From positions 32,001-96,000 of the IMG/VR virus record IMGVR_UViG_3300010413_000004: a stretch of 64,000 nucleotides of DNA, one strand, 5' to 3'. The translations under genes were made by a program, and so were the position numbers. Source of the stretch: a virus. The notes under the pieces were generated by a model. The model saw nothing but the letters and a program-made list of their open reading frames with translations, was not told where the DNA came from and did not search any database. How positions within the stretch are numbered: position 1 is the stretch's first letter; every line of letters begins with the position of its first letter. Shown piece by piece: positions 21,601-31,936 of the stretch.

Positions 21601-24600
21601 TACTGTGCAGTATGGTATTACTCCTCTGGCTATCGATTTAGTTGTTCGTTCTGTATTCCTTGCTTATGCTACCGAAATCGTTTCACCTGGTGCTGCATTT
21701 GTATTCGGTGATGCGGGCACAGTCGAATGGGAATGGAGAAATTCATCTCAGTACCTATACGATTTGCTGACTGTGTCATTCAGACTGGATCCTATTGCCT
21801 TCATGTCTGATACGTTTGGTGCTGAAATAATTACTGTCAATGGACTGGAAGTTGACTTGGATAAAGAAAACGTTCCAAGTCACACAAGAACAACCTTCCA
21901 TGGTGAAATTATTAATGATGCGCCTTATTTGACAGATAGTATTAATCAGTGGTATGTTGATTACAACAGATTCTCTGGATTGGACGTAAGCTCCTCAGAT
22001 TTCCGTAACATGTGGACGCAGTGGACTGCTCCACTAACATATCAGTTTTCTTCTTTCATTGACACACCTTCATTGAGTGTCGGTCATCGTTACATTGATA
22101 TAACCAGTAATGATTACTCGCTAATAGCTAAAAAGTCTCCTGGTACAGAAGATTATTGGTTGGATGCATTCAATATATCATTTGCGAACGTTCCTCCAAA
22201 AGTGGTTCGTTACAATAATCAGTTGGATTGGAGAGTATCCATCAACACGAACTTGGATATTAGTAGAACAATAGAGTATTACGATGTTCGTAATTATCAA
22301 TTCTACGCCGATCCTACCACTGACATATGTACGTTATACACATGGGAAATTGTAGACGCCTCTCTAATTAACAAGACATTTTCCGTCTCAGGTGACCAAA
22401 CACTTGTGTTTGCTGCGGGTCGCACATTTGCAGTAACAAATTCAACAGACAACGATGGTACATATACTGTAAAATCATCATCATATGATGTAGTATCTGA
22501 TGCTACGATCATCGAGGTAGATGAGTCTTTGACGAGTTCATTCGTAACAGGATTTATTACTGCAAACTATAGAACTATTCCATGGTCAACAGGTGACGGA
22601 ATTTATCTATCGTCAACAGAAACTCTACCGATCCCTTTACTTGGTGACACTGTTAACGGTTTGACAAAATACTTCATCATTGTTGAGAGTGATACAACAT
22701 TTAAGTTAGCTAGAACTTACCAAGACGCAATTGACGGTACAGCTATCGATCTTCTAACACCTGGTAAACGAGATCACTATATTGGGCAGGTTATCAATAC
22801 ATTTAATGTAATAGATGGTCAGCAAAATATATTGTGGCGCCACTACGAGCTTGATACACAAAACGTACTTTCGTTTAATACACCCCATGATGTTCAAGGA
22901 TTGCAAACAGTAATCAACATCATTGATGGTTACAGCAAGAAGAGATATGAAGAGGGTTGGAGAATCAACGATGAAAATAGCCAACTCGATCCTGTGTCTG
23001 GCCAAATCGTAACATGGCAGAGTGAAATAGAGCGATTTCTAACGAATGCGTTTAATCAGCGTGATCGTCGGTATGTTGTCACTAATCGTCACGAAGCAAC
23101 AGTTGACGTTTTAACAAACGAGTGGACATTCGTTGATACGTCGGCTCAATATGTAACAGGCGATCGTGTGACAGTATTCTCCTCGAATGGTGCATACCCA
23201 ACCCCTATCGTTCGAGGCGTGTGGTATTACATTATTCGTGATACAGCCGATACGTTTAGATTAGCAGCATCATTGAGCGATGCTAACTCAGGAATTGAAA
23301 TTAACGTTACAGATGCAACAAGTGTTGATAAGTTGTACATTACTTCGGCTTCTGAGAGTACTCCAATTTCATCACATGAGATTAATCCAATCAGACATGC
23401 TATCTGGTTTAAACCTGCTCGTGGCATTGTGTCAAATGTCGTTGAGGGTCCAACCGAAGATGTAAGAGCGACTCAATTAATTTTCGATCAGTATGGTCGT
23501 CGTCTAGGTTCTGATACTTTACGAATCTTCCGTGAAGACACAAGAACTGCAATTAAGATGTTAGACAATATCGCAAATGATGTAAAACCATATAGCACCG
23601 ACCCACGTGATAATATTCATATGGGAGGGGCACATTTGTTTGTTGATTCATACGAGCAAGTGTTGAAGTTCGAAGATTACACAAGCGATGGTACTCTCAT
23701 TTACGATCCATTTATTGGTTTGAATCTAACCAAGTTTGAAATGTTGTTCAACCGCGATCTCAACTTTACGGGACGACCAAATGTTGGTGGTTACTACTTG
23801 GAAACGTTCCACAACCAAGAGCTAGAACTCAAGCGTAACATCGAGGCGGGGGTTGAAGACTTGCGTACAATGTACGATACGTATAGCGTACTAGAATCTT
23901 CTGACTTAGTATCACAAGCTCGAAAAGTATTGGGGTATGAAGGGCCAGCGGATTACCTACGAGACATTAACGTTAATGATAAATCGCAGTTCCTATTCTG
24001 GAAGGGAATGATACAACACAAAGGTTCCATAAATGCTGTTAACGCATTTATAAATTCTCATCGTTTTATTGAAGCTAACGTTGACGAATATTGGGCGTAT
24101 AAAGTTGCATCATTTGGTTCGGCCAAGGAGAAAGAATATCCTGAACTGTATGTCACAGCTAACGATACGTTGGCGAATGACATTCGTCTTCAATTTACTA
24201 GTGATTTGGAGTCTCCTGATAGCACATTTATTGCTATCAGTGCATATGACGATCAACGTTGGTTCAACCAACCAGATCAGCTCCAGACACTATCTGACAA
24301 TAACAACACGCTATACTTTGATATTGTAGCGGACAACATGATTCCCGTCACAGTATCTTCGATTACGGGCTCTCCTGTTACACCAACTTCACCAGTAGAC
24401 AATCAGGGATTGGTGCTGGATGGCAACTTGTATGGAAGTCCACAAGCTGATGGAAACCATTATTTCTATCGTTGGAATAGTGTGTCGTCTGTGTGGGATC
24501 AGCACGGTTCGTGGGTAGCAGGTAACAATCCAGTTATCCGACATGACTTTGATGCAGATACTGTTTCATTGACGGTTCGTCGTTATGCAGAAGGTACGAA

Positions 24601-27040
24601 AAAATCGTATGCTGCTGCAGCTATAATAACATTAGCAGAAGAGTACATTCCGTTTACAAATAGTATTGAAGTGTTTAGACAGGGTCAGAAGTTGATCGCT
24701 GGAGTAGATTATAACGAAGTCCCTCCAGTAAGTGGATCGTTAACGTCTAGTAGCATTACATTAACTAACCCAACATCTTTGGGATCTCCTGATAATGTTG
24801 AAATTGTATACACTACAGCAACGCTGATCAGAGGTATACACTTTGAGATGATTAACTCAAACATAATTCGTATTCTATTCCCAGCTCTTGTGAGTAGTAC
24901 TTACATCGACTTGAAAGTGTGGGGCTTGGATATTGATAAGGGAGCATTAGCTCCAGCTAAACTTATCGATAAGAAAGCTGAAGTAGTATTAACGACCATC
25001 CCAATGTGGGATCCAGCGCGAGGTTATCACTATCCTACAGCGTTCCAAAACGTTGATTTGGCGAATGACGTCGATCCAGCGAGGTATTCAGTTACGCCTC
25101 AGCAGAAGCAATCTGCGACGTTAGGTCATCCAGTGTTTGATCCATGGGGCAGCAAACAAGTCGGCAATACATGGTTGAATACATTTGATTTGAGTTACGT
25201 ACCTTATTATGATGAGCACATTATAACCAGTGTCGAAGATAGATTGCGCCAGTGGGGCCGACTATCAGATTGGTCCGACGTTGAGTTGTATGAGTGGATT
25301 AAATCAGACGTACCCCCTGATCAATACGATACGATTGCTGCAATAGAAGAAGGTGATGCAACTATTGCTGAAAGTAAGCGTAAGTCAGGTAGAGCAAAGC
25401 AGACACTATTTAAGAATGGTGGTGCATCTACTGAGGTACGAGCATTGACTAATACTGCGACTACTGGTCAAACAATAACTGGAAGTACGTCATTCAAAGA
25501 TACGAATGCTACGTTTATCAGTGATGAAGTTACTGTTGGTGACATTATTCGATTAACTGGTAGCAATACTGGCGATTGGAGAATAACAAGTGTGAGCGAC
25601 ACAGAAGTAGTGTTGGATGCTACCGTACCGTTAGTTGGTGATACAAACATTTCTTACACAATATACAAGCCTATATGGACAATGATGCAAAATGTGTATG
25701 ATAAGCATGATGTTGTCATTTCGGGAACATTTGTCAGCAACGGGGTATATTCTTTTGTTACGAATATACCTGTTGGTGAGACGGTGAATGTATACGTGAA
25801 CGGAATATTGTCACAAGAGAATGTTGTGGTGACTTCATCTCCTATTTCAGTAACATGCACAGAGAATGATATAGTGATATTTGCCAATCTACTACCAACC
25901 GAAGCTGAAATTACAGCTGGAGAGGCTGATGGTACTTTACTATATGACTACGAGTACACGACAGATATTGAAATTGACAAATTTGGAACATCACAAACAG
26001 TATACTACTTCTGGGTTCGTCAAAAGAGCACTAAGGTTCAAGGCAAAAATCGAACGATGTCAAGCAAAGATACTGAAGCTGCTCTCAAGATAATTCCTTC
26101 GCCTTATATGTTCTTCCAGAAGACTATGGACAGCAACTGGCATCAGTATACGCAATCGTTTACATATGCTCCATCAGTATCGCCTTTGCCTGCATCAACT
26201 ACGTTTACAGTTGACCACATCATCCTATCGAATGTTGTTACAGTAACTATTGATGGGGTGGCTGTACCTGCTAATATCATCACAGTAGATGTTGACAACT
26301 ACACGTTTAGTCTACCAACATCTCAACTATCTGTTGGTCAAATAGTTAAAATCGAGTATACTGGTTTGAATTATACTGAAAATAAAGATTTGCCAAGCAG
26401 ATTTGTACAGTCCGTCGTTCGAGGATTGCGTGGTTGGATAGATGATGACCGCCGATACACTGTACGGTTTACACGCGATTTTACTCTTCGTGATGATCTG
26501 AATAAAGGAACATCATCTCTTGATCTCAAGAATAAACACGAAGAGTGGATAATGTTCCGGGAGCGTCAGCCATATCACATCGATCGTGTGCTTTGGGATA
26601 AAGTCACTGAAGCTATGGTTGGTTACAAAACATTGATAGATGGAACTATAGAACGAGTGCCATCATATGAAAGAGAACTGTATGATAGCAAATATGGTAC
26701 TGATACGCGTTATGGCTTAGGTGACAACCAAGCGATTGTTGATGGAAGTATGGCTCTAGACACTATTATTGCTGATTTGGAAAATCCAGATAATGTGTTC
26801 CACCCAGTTGATATCAACACGTTCTTTGAGCAGCACAATTTTGATACAGATGCAGCAATAATTGAATCAATGGATGTGATTTACAACACGTTTGCGTACA
26901 CTCATGTTAATAGAATGATGTTTTCTGTGCTACACGATGCTTTGTCACTCAAAACTAAATACCCCGACATACTGAAAACGTCGATGGTTTCGTTAAACGG
27001 CATTAAGCCACTCCAAATATCAGGTATTTTTGATGACTAG
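15659..27040 (+). CDS. Giant (3793 aa) baseplate wedge/structural protein (gp7-like position)
   Basis: 11.4-kb ORF after gp6; NLFDLLPEVY, PPIDIDKLIHFEDYYW and FWKGMIQHKGSINAV motifs; many beta-rich repeat modules. Confidence 0.75.
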   Translation: MSSRNDNSDYTKKSTNLFDLLPEVYHSDTSKAIFSNLFNRFLTKQEVQKVAGYIGEGNPNALIKRQIVEPTLQRQTNQLQPIMHTKIGSIDHMASWEDIQRELSRLGVNIDDIDKWGELLQFNWVPPIDIDKLIHFEDYYWYDEATPNSRPQYITIRSRCTVAKANVNFWQKLVDQYGSTFPIIDVQRTDVLPSTSYPIVDIVAVTDTITVQGDVTGSFAYGTFFKVSGTVSNNTTFQVSGSPTYDSVNDSTQIPVATGSIVADETLVGTATITLYDKIVVEGNYVSLFSEGFVFFVADSDNQDLGGSFVEVSSSSYSSSADSTTIVITQTFTDTTISGNASLDEQLSLYLADRDCRCLGSVGWDLLPWDDNPSSPLWGGDAPGEHYTFLQAISQASAPSGAPTNQWDLWYDTTTDILYQYNDSSVWEQIWNRFSLILEKTEGLALWDLTTGCGTGTKIPAAEQWTTQNHWIHKSDVTNFAVAKQAQFPIIEYDWDLELNEWTYTDYRWKYRATTFTQWSEVDNQPSIMELTPLDHWELDSGTDEIVLDERYGDLTGLFVPGFVFQAGTNEAFTVDHSTFVAPTTGLAYQTRITITVPTSTTALSSGNILQEVVSSTPLQPITTAQGDAWLGYGQHWVFTGALNTLPITHQPINPFVELPVDAQMTLPVASVNLTGGAGVNYFEVEGKVDKLFTSGTTFTIENSAANNATYTVVGTGSTYSDPLGSPAGTGYTTIPVAEVIPSNTAPLGDILASAVFVDVSGDFDYSVGYYAQTYTIQSTSPVYTLNLSDVILPGSRRSLRNRALIGYDDVRVYINNIRQYGSYDELTIDGTYVSGIQFLSGYEPNRFDVVRIEVGEASIDELGLYSIPVRMVEDDAQYLIDGNVTVSLIRYKKAEQVKTSVNQYPQFDIYHVTGLPKYDANPIFGYRTSPDAAVNVAIGQRTVYDSTTRNYEFDQFLLEEDDGTLYAYRDYSNIIPTYWFNTLTQQLLFWTGTTWSSKKEISGYYLPAYVSDIEPSNFYLNVDGAYWFDTLNQILWKRNVALGEWDVITSVVIAASDTSLQTIWKKGLNDETYVPAKVDWEGRTEIEYDAAQTAYVTTRAAEIVTQSNATTAEANAQALDEWYQKQSNVHSPTGVWVGDWELPDPMYYNVLNENRKYLDTRQLITHFSSIIQEQPTIPGYVGTKESMFHLISNQNINYGLGGKIKQYNKSFDTLLSAIFVDTVTPLSVIDFAHDLYDSSLTQLKEIYRKHAISLLTSYDQQALSDLSLYIANEVITQYEQDDNNAFVFGDSTTFTEVIGGTDLGIRNWIATLPYLRLTDVHMPEFLVDELIDLIEIVHHDGHRAQYKLTDATLEGIIHELVGTGDPRTSFPTPSDAPLDTFGRTQNYLPPNTIDEFETEFSTVISNREGVFWYFVNQTTRTLYRLNLVSIGTTAPLLSDYADGALWLDMTAGAEVLRIKVTSATTGVSIWEVVDGLTPGDKRLHNGTDSNDVTTSTISAWQPLSLNVILGKIIYEAEHRLYENAPDVTPLRYDVSNTETKYPTTYDQYMYEAFLDYATQHSIEFPFANTSYSSSDPFTWNYKFSTIGHGFQIVEADSATNSFIVTGDATSLLDPCTSDSSCPSVVAFYIKNSSVNSGTWTTISSTALVPATVYDAVNNTTTVYVQETVTNDNEGIVYVGTLPSSINDGSESGGDWRDLYAKLYGTPYPHLEPWALQGYITKPSWWDAQYLNDDSNKWGDRTWKYKHGFELVSTNATEDYIEILGDFREVFAPTLTVPAEMTGSPSSFTFTATTTDTITGVTIGGVGTAVLNVSGNVTNKYAVGRKLSVVSSSNTVTKLVTVKSRSFSSTLNTTYIVVEEAIDSSTGIDFVGTIYDPTTNRLRVDVTQNLTTSGWTGRVLIAYGMWENIRVGIIPAGETYSNGITSITGNPATDSATYNLPVPIIPTYNYFSVNVSNGSVSSDGGTTIYYSDDVLPPYWDYTVQYGITPLAIDLVVRSVFLAYATEIVSPGAAFVFGDAGTVEWEWRNSSQYLYDLLTVSFRLDPIAFMSDTFGAEIITVNGLEVDLDKENVPSHTRTTFHGEIINDAPYLTDSINQWYVDYNRFSGLDVSSSDFRNMWTQWTAPLTYQFSSFIDTPSLSVGHRYIDITSNDYSLIAKKSPGTEDYWLDAFNISFANVPPKVVRYNNQLDWRVSINTNLDISRTIEYYDVRNYQFYADPTTDICTLYTWEIVDASLINKTFSVSGDQTLVFAAGRTFAVTNSTDNDGTYTVKSSSYDVVSDATIIEVDESLTSSFVTGFITANYRTIPWSTGDGIYLSSTETLPIPLLGDTVNGLTKYFIIVESDTTFKLARTYQDAIDGTAIDLLTPGKRDHYIGQVINTFNVIDGQQNILWRHYELDTQNVLSFNTPHDVQGLQTVINIIDGYSKKRYEEGWRINDENSQLDPVSGQIVTWQSEIERFLTNAFNQRDRRYVVTNRHEATVDVLTNEWTFVDTSAQYVTGDRVTVFSSNGAYPTPIVRGVWYYIIRDTADTFRLAASLSDANSGIEINVTDATSVDKLYITSASESTPISSHEINPIRHAIWFKPARGIVSNVVEGPTEDVRATQLIFDQYGRRLGSDTLRIFREDTRTAIKMLDNIANDVKPYSTDPRDNIHMGGAHLFVDSYEQVLKFEDYTSDGTLIYDPFIGLNLTKFEMLFNRDLNFTGRPNVGGYYLETFHNQELELKRNIEAGVEDLRTMYDTYSVLESSDLVSQARKVLGYEGPADYLRDINVNDKSQFLFWKGMIQHKGSINAVNAFINSHRFIEANVDEYWAYKVASFGSAKEKEYPELYVTANDTLANDIRLQFTSDLESPDSTFIAISAYDDQRWFNQPDQLQTLSDNNNTLYFDIVADNMIPVTVSSITGSPVTPTSPVDNQGLVLDGNLYGSPQADGNHYFYRWNSVSSVWDQHGSWVAGNNPVIRHDFDADTVSLTVRRYAEGTKKSYAAAAIITLAEEYIPFTNSIEVFRQGQKLIAGVDYNEVPPVSGSLTSSSITLTNPTSLGSPDNVEIVYTTATLIRGIHFEMINSNIIRILFPALVSSTYIDLKVWGLDIDKGALAPAKLIDKKAEVVLTTIPMWDPARGYHYPTAFQNVDLANDVDPARYSVTPQQKQSATLGHPVFDPWGSKQVGNTWLNTFDLSYVPYYDEHIITSVEDRLRQWGRLSDWSDVELYEWIKSDVPPDQYDTIAAIEEGDATIAESKRKSGRAKQTLFKNGGASTEVRALTNTATTGQTITGSTSFKDTNATFISDEVTVGDIIRLTGSNTGDWRITSVSDTEVVLDATVPLVGDTNISYTIYKPIWTMMQNVYDKHDVVISGTFVSNGVYSFVTNIPVGETVNVYVNGILSQENVVVTSSPISVTCTENDIVIFANLLPTEAEITAGEADGTLLYDYEYTTDIEIDKFGTSQTVYYFWVRQKSTKVQGKNRTMSSKDTEAALKIIPSPYMFFQKTMDSNWHQYTQSFTYAPSVSPLPASTTFTVDHIILSNVVTVTIDGVAVPANIITVDVDNYTFSLPTSQLSVGQIVKIEYTGLNYTENKDLPSRFVQSVVRGLRGWIDDDRRYTVRFTRDFTLRDDLNKGTSSLDLKNKHEEWIMFRERQPYHIDRVLWDKVTEAMVGYKTLIDGTIERVPSYERELYDSKYGTDTRYGLGDNQAIVDGSMALDTIIADLENPDNVFHPVDINTFFEQHNFDTDAAIIESMDVIYNTFAYTHVNRMMFSVLHDALSLKTKYPDILKTSMVSLNGIKPLQISGIFDD

Positions 27041-30000
27041 TAACATAAAGACGATCGATCCCGTACAGGGATTGATCGACTATGTCTTAGATATAAAACC
27101 ATATCATACCAAAATCGTTGAGGTGTTGATAGATCACGTCGGTAGTGATACTGTAAATGTTATCATAGAAGATAGGCAGCAGTTAGATGTTGATATTTTA
27201 TTCTTAGACGATTTTTATGAAGTACCACTGTGTGATGATGGTTACGGTACGCGATCGTTTGGAAGCTCGCGTAATTTTCCTATAACGTCTCCAAATCCAG
27301 GCATATCCATCGAAAACTACCCAGCAATCAATACGACTACAAATGCTGTTATTATTCCTGGAGATGCTTCAGACGATCTTCTAATTGGAGCGTCGATGTA
27401 TATCGTGACGCAATTTGAGGACGCGATTCAAGGTGTTATCATTGGATCTTCAGGAAGTGGTGCTTTCATCTTATCTGGTGATAGAACTGTTGAGTTTAGC
27501 GGTGGATCTCCAACCAAGACGTTTACAGTAACTGACTCCTCGTCAAATGATGGTAGCTATGTAATATCTCACTCTGTTTACAGCCCAGGAACAGATACAA
27601 CAGCAATATATGTAACTCAAACTGTATCAGCTTCTTATGATAGTGGGTTCATCATAACAAACGGTAACAATACAGGAACGTTTACAATATCGGCCGTGGA
27701 GTATTCAGGTGGATCAATCGATTCGTGGTCTGATGTTACTGATCCGACAACTTTTTTGTTAGGAGATAACCCTTACACCACCGTTACCGTAAATGAAACA
27801 CTAAATGCTATTCCTACACTATTTGCAAACCAATCTTATGTTGCATTTGCTTCTGTTGATGCCATCGAAATTATTGGTTCGTTATCCTATAGTAACTTTT
27901 TAGCGCGTTACACTTCAAGCCCTGTGGCTTACGAGCAGACGCCTGATGAAGGATATCTAACCAAAACTGTTGTTGGTATTACCCAATCTCAACTAGACGG
28001 AGCGAACGAGCCAATTCCAGGAACAGGAGCCTTTGTTGTACCTGGAAGTGTAAACGACAGTAACGTTTTTGTCGGTCAGACTTTTGAAGTAGTTAATTCA
28101 CTCGAAAACAACGGTACATATACGATTGTTGATATAACATATGATTCAGTATTGGACACAACTGAATTTGTTGTAAATGAACCAGTTGGTAACTTAGTTG
28201 ATGGAGAAATCCGACTAAACATACCCGCAAACGTTTTAATAGTTAATGGTGACCACTCTTCCCAGTTTGTACAGGGAACGATTTTTGATATTGTTAGTGG
28301 TTCAATGATTGGAACTTATACTACCATAAAGTCGGAGTACATTCCTCTTGAAGATGTTACGTGGATACGTACACTAGAAGATGTGTTTGGTGGAGATTTT
28401 GGAGATAGTATTCTTGGTGTTACAAGTGGAGGTTCACCATTATTAAGCACGTTTACGGTTGGTGGGGACAAGACGTCCAAATATTATGCAGGCAGCAAAT
28501 TTAACATTATTGGATCATCATTCAATGATGGAAAATATACTGTCGCAGCTGCAGGACCAACGTACGATATAATTACAAATACCACCGCCGTTCCTGTTAC
28601 TGATCTAATTAGCTTAACTGCTGATGGTTTCATTTATCCGTTTACATCTGGTTTCATCAAGTATCACGTAATGGGGTATGGTGATACTAGAGGAGTATGT
28701 CAATATGTCCCAGGTACCACTGTCGCCGTTCAATTTAATGAGAAATTGACGTTCTCTGGTCTGGGATTGGATCTATCTGATGACATTATCGCATACAATT
28801 TAGAAAATTCAGATACATGGGGATTTGATTTACCTGCAAATACGATCTTTGGTTCAACATACCCACTGATTCCTGAGCAGACAACTGCTCCTTCGGCACC
28901 AGAGATAACAGATCTGTGGTTTGATACAACTACTAATACGTTTAGACAATGGAATGGTCGATCCTGGGACCGTGTAGTTCGAGTTTATTGGCACGATACA
29001 GTAAATTCATTATTATACTATCGAACAAAAAATGCTTACGTGGATACTGGGTGGGTACTAGATTTCCCTTCAGTGCCAGGTTATTCGGATGTTATTCCTG
29101 CGTCTAGTTCTATCGGTATTCTTGATTCAAAAGTATATTCAGCCACAGGTGATCCAAATGAAGTGTTCACACTTCCCACGCCAATTCCTTCAGTTGGTTC
29201 TCCTGCAGTATTTGATGCAGGCAATTTGGTAGTTAGAGTCAATGGTTTATCTGCAGCTGCTAACGCGTTAAATTCATCGGAGTTTACTGTAACCAGCCCC
29301 ATACTTCAAAATGGTGATCTAGTATCAGCATATGTGTATGGTGATGTTGGACCTCGGACGAATGCATTTGTTGGAGTATATAATGCCGTTCCTCATGTAG
29401 TGTATCATCAAAACGTTACAATCGATACAGTTAATAACGCTTTTGTTGTCAATGGTGGTAACTTCATTGATAGATTTGTTCCAGCAAATACATTTACTGG
29501 AATGGACGCCGACTATGGTCAAATTAAAGGTGAGTGGTTTGCCGATCGTATCGAAATCATCGATGTTAATGGTACGACTGGCGAAATAACTATTCCTGGT
29601 GATTATGCGTGGCTGTTTACAAATGGGCGCGTATTTAGAGTTCAAAATACCACAACAAACAATAATGATTTTATTGTACAGTCTTCTGTTGCTGGTGGAT
29701 CTCCAGTTACGACAACAATCACTGTAAGCAATCCTACTGTGACGGAATCGATTTTTTATAACAGAGGATTGCCTGTTATATCAATTGATAGTGCTACCGA
29801 TTCGTTCGTTGTTAATGGTAATGTCGCTCAAGAATTCACATTAGGTCTTATAGTTGCAATATCAAATTCGGCAGTTGGCAACAATGGAAGTTGGGAAGTT
29901 GTGTCAGCGACGTATTCGGATATAAGTGGTCACACAACTGTAACAGTTGCTGGAGACATTCCTGCTGATGATGTTACAGGAAATGCGTTAGTCCAAACAC

Positions 30001-31922
30001 CTATTCCACAAATAATGTCTAGAGATTTGGGATCAATCATAGCAGCAGTATATGATCCAAGTGCAACATCTGGAACCTCAGCATATAATACAGGACAGCC
30101 AAAGACTGTTGTAGTTCCTGATCCAAGTACGTTACCTATCGATCCTACTGTGAACGGAATAACATACGACTGGCTCGGACCGCTCCGTATTGATACAAAT
30201 ATGTTGCCTGTTGAAATAACAGACATGACTGTGTTGGATAGATTCGGAGCGTCAAATGAGTTGTTATCTGTTCCGAATAGAATTGCAATCTTGGATACGG
30301 ATGCTACAGCCAATACTTTTACTGTTAATTATACCGATCCAGTAACGGGTGTTCCCATTGATCTTGGTGATACGTTTGGACCAGGATATGTCTTTACTGT
30401 GGTGGACTCATACGCTGATAACAATGCTGACTCTTTCGAATCAAATGATGCGAAGTATGTTGTAACATCAACATATTTTGATTGGTCAGGCTCTCCTGTA
30501 ACAGGGACTGGTAACACAATAATTACTGTTAGCTCAGCCTTTACTGATATTCCACCATTCAGTAGTTTTGATATTGTCGGTATGACAATAGGAGCTGGTA
30601 GTCCGTTTAATGGTAATACAATAACGCTCTTAGGTGATCAGGTAGCGACAATATCCGCATTTCCAAATGGTTTGTTTAAACTAGATCAGCCAATAATTTC
30701 AACAGATCCACGGTACAACATAATAACAGTAACGAACGTTTCGTTGGTAGGAGGGAACACTGTTCTCACCATTGATGAAAATATTATTGCACCATTGTAC
30801 ACGGGAACAATTAATTTTGCTGACGCATCTTATAATGTGGGAATCCCATACGATGAAACCAACATTGGTGGATCGCCTCTGCGCGCGTGGTCTCATGGTG
30901 ATATTCTTAGAGAAGTATTTGTCATTAACCAATCTTCTGCTGAGAATACAACATCTGCAGCAATAACAGACACCATTGATTTTGGTTGGGGGTCATATTA
31001 TGACATGGTTATTATTGGTACAAATTCTTTAGCTAGTACTGTGTATGTTGCAGGAGATACAACAGCAGTTGTCAACGTGAATGATGTTAGTAGCATAATT
31101 GGCTCTGCTGGCAACGATGGAACTTACGGTATCGTATCCGCGACATACGAAATCGCTTACAACCGAACTGCAATCGTATTGACGCCCACGTTACCTACTG
31201 ACCCAATTGGTTCGCCTGGACTGTATGGCATATTACGAATAGATAATATTGACGTAACAAGTTGGTTCCAGTATCTAATCAAAGAAATGAATGCATCTTC
31301 CAACACAATTTTGGTTCTTGGTGATGCTACAACGGATATACAGGTGGGCCAGCAAGTTCGAGTTTTGGGAACTAAAGTGAACGATGGTATGTTTACAGTT
31401 TCCGGTGCTCCTGTTTTCGATAACGTTAATGAACAAACAACATTGCCAGTCACAGAATTGGTTAAATATAACGAGAGCACAATTACTGCAATTATAGGAA
31501 CGGATACAATTCGAGTACAAGGCAATGCAGCACAGTCACTCGAAGGATCTGATGTCGTGTTCATTTCTTCATCTTTATTTAATGATGGTGTGTATATTGT
31601 AGTTGGTGTATCTTATGATAGCTATTACGATACCAGTGACATTACTGTTAGTGGAGGATCACCACTGTTGAATCCAACAGCCGATGGAACACTGATGTAT
31701 TATCAGCGTGGTGGTTGGACAGAAGCTTGGAGATATCAAGGAATTCATTTGGTATTTGAAGACGCACTTGGTCTTGAGGCAATCGAGAATGTGAGTGCAA
31801 CCATCGTGGCGGACGGTGGGGTGCTATCTAGCTCTTACGACTACCAATTCTGGGACGTTGGTTCATTTGACGAATCATTAGCTACGGTCATTCGACTATA
31901 CAGTGGTACATTTTCAGCATAA
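27033..31922 (+). CDS. Large repeat-rich baseplate/fibre structural protein (about 1629 aa)
   Basis: N-terminal DYVLDIKPYHTKI; about 12 copies of a GD...F.V..S..NDG.Y.V...YD...T.I.V module; overlaps the upstream stop codon. Confidence 0.75.
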   Translation: MTSNIKTIDPVQGLIDYVLDIKPYHTKIVEVLIDHVGSDTVNVIIEDRQQLDVDILFLDDFYEVPLCDDGYGTRSFGSSRNFPITSPNPGISIENYPAINTTTNAVIIPGDASDDLLIGASMYIVTQFEDAIQGVIIGSSGSGAFILSGDRTVEFSGGSPTKTFTVTDSSSNDGSYVISHSVYSPGTDTTAIYVTQTVSASYDSGFIITNGNNTGTFTISAVEYSGGSIDSWSDVTDPTTFLLGDNPYTTVTVNETLNAIPTLFANQSYVAFASVDAIEIIGSLSYSNFLARYTSSPVAYEQTPDEGYLTKTVVGITQSQLDGANEPIPGTGAFVVPGSVNDSNVFVGQTFEVVNSLENNGTYTIVDITYDSVLDTTEFVVNEPVGNLVDGEIRLNIPANVLIVNGDHSSQFVQGTIFDIVSGSMIGTYTTIKSEYIPLEDVTWIRTLEDVFGGDFGDSILGVTSGGSPLLSTFTVGGDKTSKYYAGSKFNIIGSSFNDGKYTVAAAGPTYDIITNTTAVPVTDLISLTADGFIYPFTSGFIKYHVMGYGDTRGVCQYVPGTTVAVQFNEKLTFSGLGLDLSDDIIAYNLENSDTWGFDLPANTIFGSTYPLIPEQTTAPSAPEITDLWFDTTTNTFRQWNGRSWDRVVRVYWHDTVNSLLYYRTKNAYVDTGWVLDFPSVPGYSDVIPASSSIGILDSKVYSATGDPNEVFTLPTPIPSVGSPAVFDAGNLVVRVNGLSAAANALNSSEFTVTSPILQNGDLVSAYVYGDVGPRTNAFVGVYNAVPHVVYHQNVTIDTVNNAFVVNGGNFIDRFVPANTFTGMDADYGQIKGEWFADRIEIIDVNGTTGEITIPGDYAWLFTNGRVFRVQNTTTNNNDFIVQSSVAGGSPVTTTITVSNPTVTESIFYNRGLPVISIDSATDSFVVNGNVAQEFTLGLIVAISNSAVGNNGSWEVVSATYSDISGHTTVTVAGDIPADDVTGNALVQTPIPQIMSRDLGSIIAAVYDPSATSGTSAYNTGQPKTVVVPDPSTLPIDPTVNGITYDWLGPLRIDTNMLPVEITDMTVLDRFGASNELLSVPNRIAILDTDATANTFTVNYTDPVTGVPIDLGDTFGPGYVFTVVDSYADNNADSFESNDAKYVVTSTYFDWSGSPVTGTGNTIITVSSAFTDIPPFSSFDIVGMTIGAGSPFNGNTITLLGDQVATISAFPNGLFKLDQPIISTDPRYNIITVTNVSLVGGNTVLTIDENIIAPLYTGTINFADASYNVGIPYDETNIGGSPLRAWSHGDILREVFVINQSSAENTTSAAITDTIDFGWGSYYDMVIIGTNSLASTVYVAGDTTAVVNVNDVSSIIGSAGNDGTYGIVSATYEIAYNRTAIVLTPTLPTDPIGSPGLYGILRIDNIDVTSWFQYLIKEMNASSNTILVLGDATTDIQVGQQVRVLGTKVNDGMFTVSGAPVFDNVNEQTTLPVTELVKYNESTITAIIGTDTIRVQGNAAQSLEGSDVVFISSSLFNDGVYIVVGVSYDSYYDTSDITVSGGSPLLNPTADGTLMYYQRGGWTEAWRYQGIHLVFEDALGLEAIENVSATIVADGGVLSSSYDYQFWDVGSFDESLATVIRLYSGTFSA

Positions 31923-31936
31923 TTAACAGCTTAAAA

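Noticed and set aside
15659-31922. Diversity-generating retroelement or invertible tail-fibre cassette
   Set aside because: No reverse transcriptase, invertase or near-identical DNA repeat pair; the repeats are visible only at protein level
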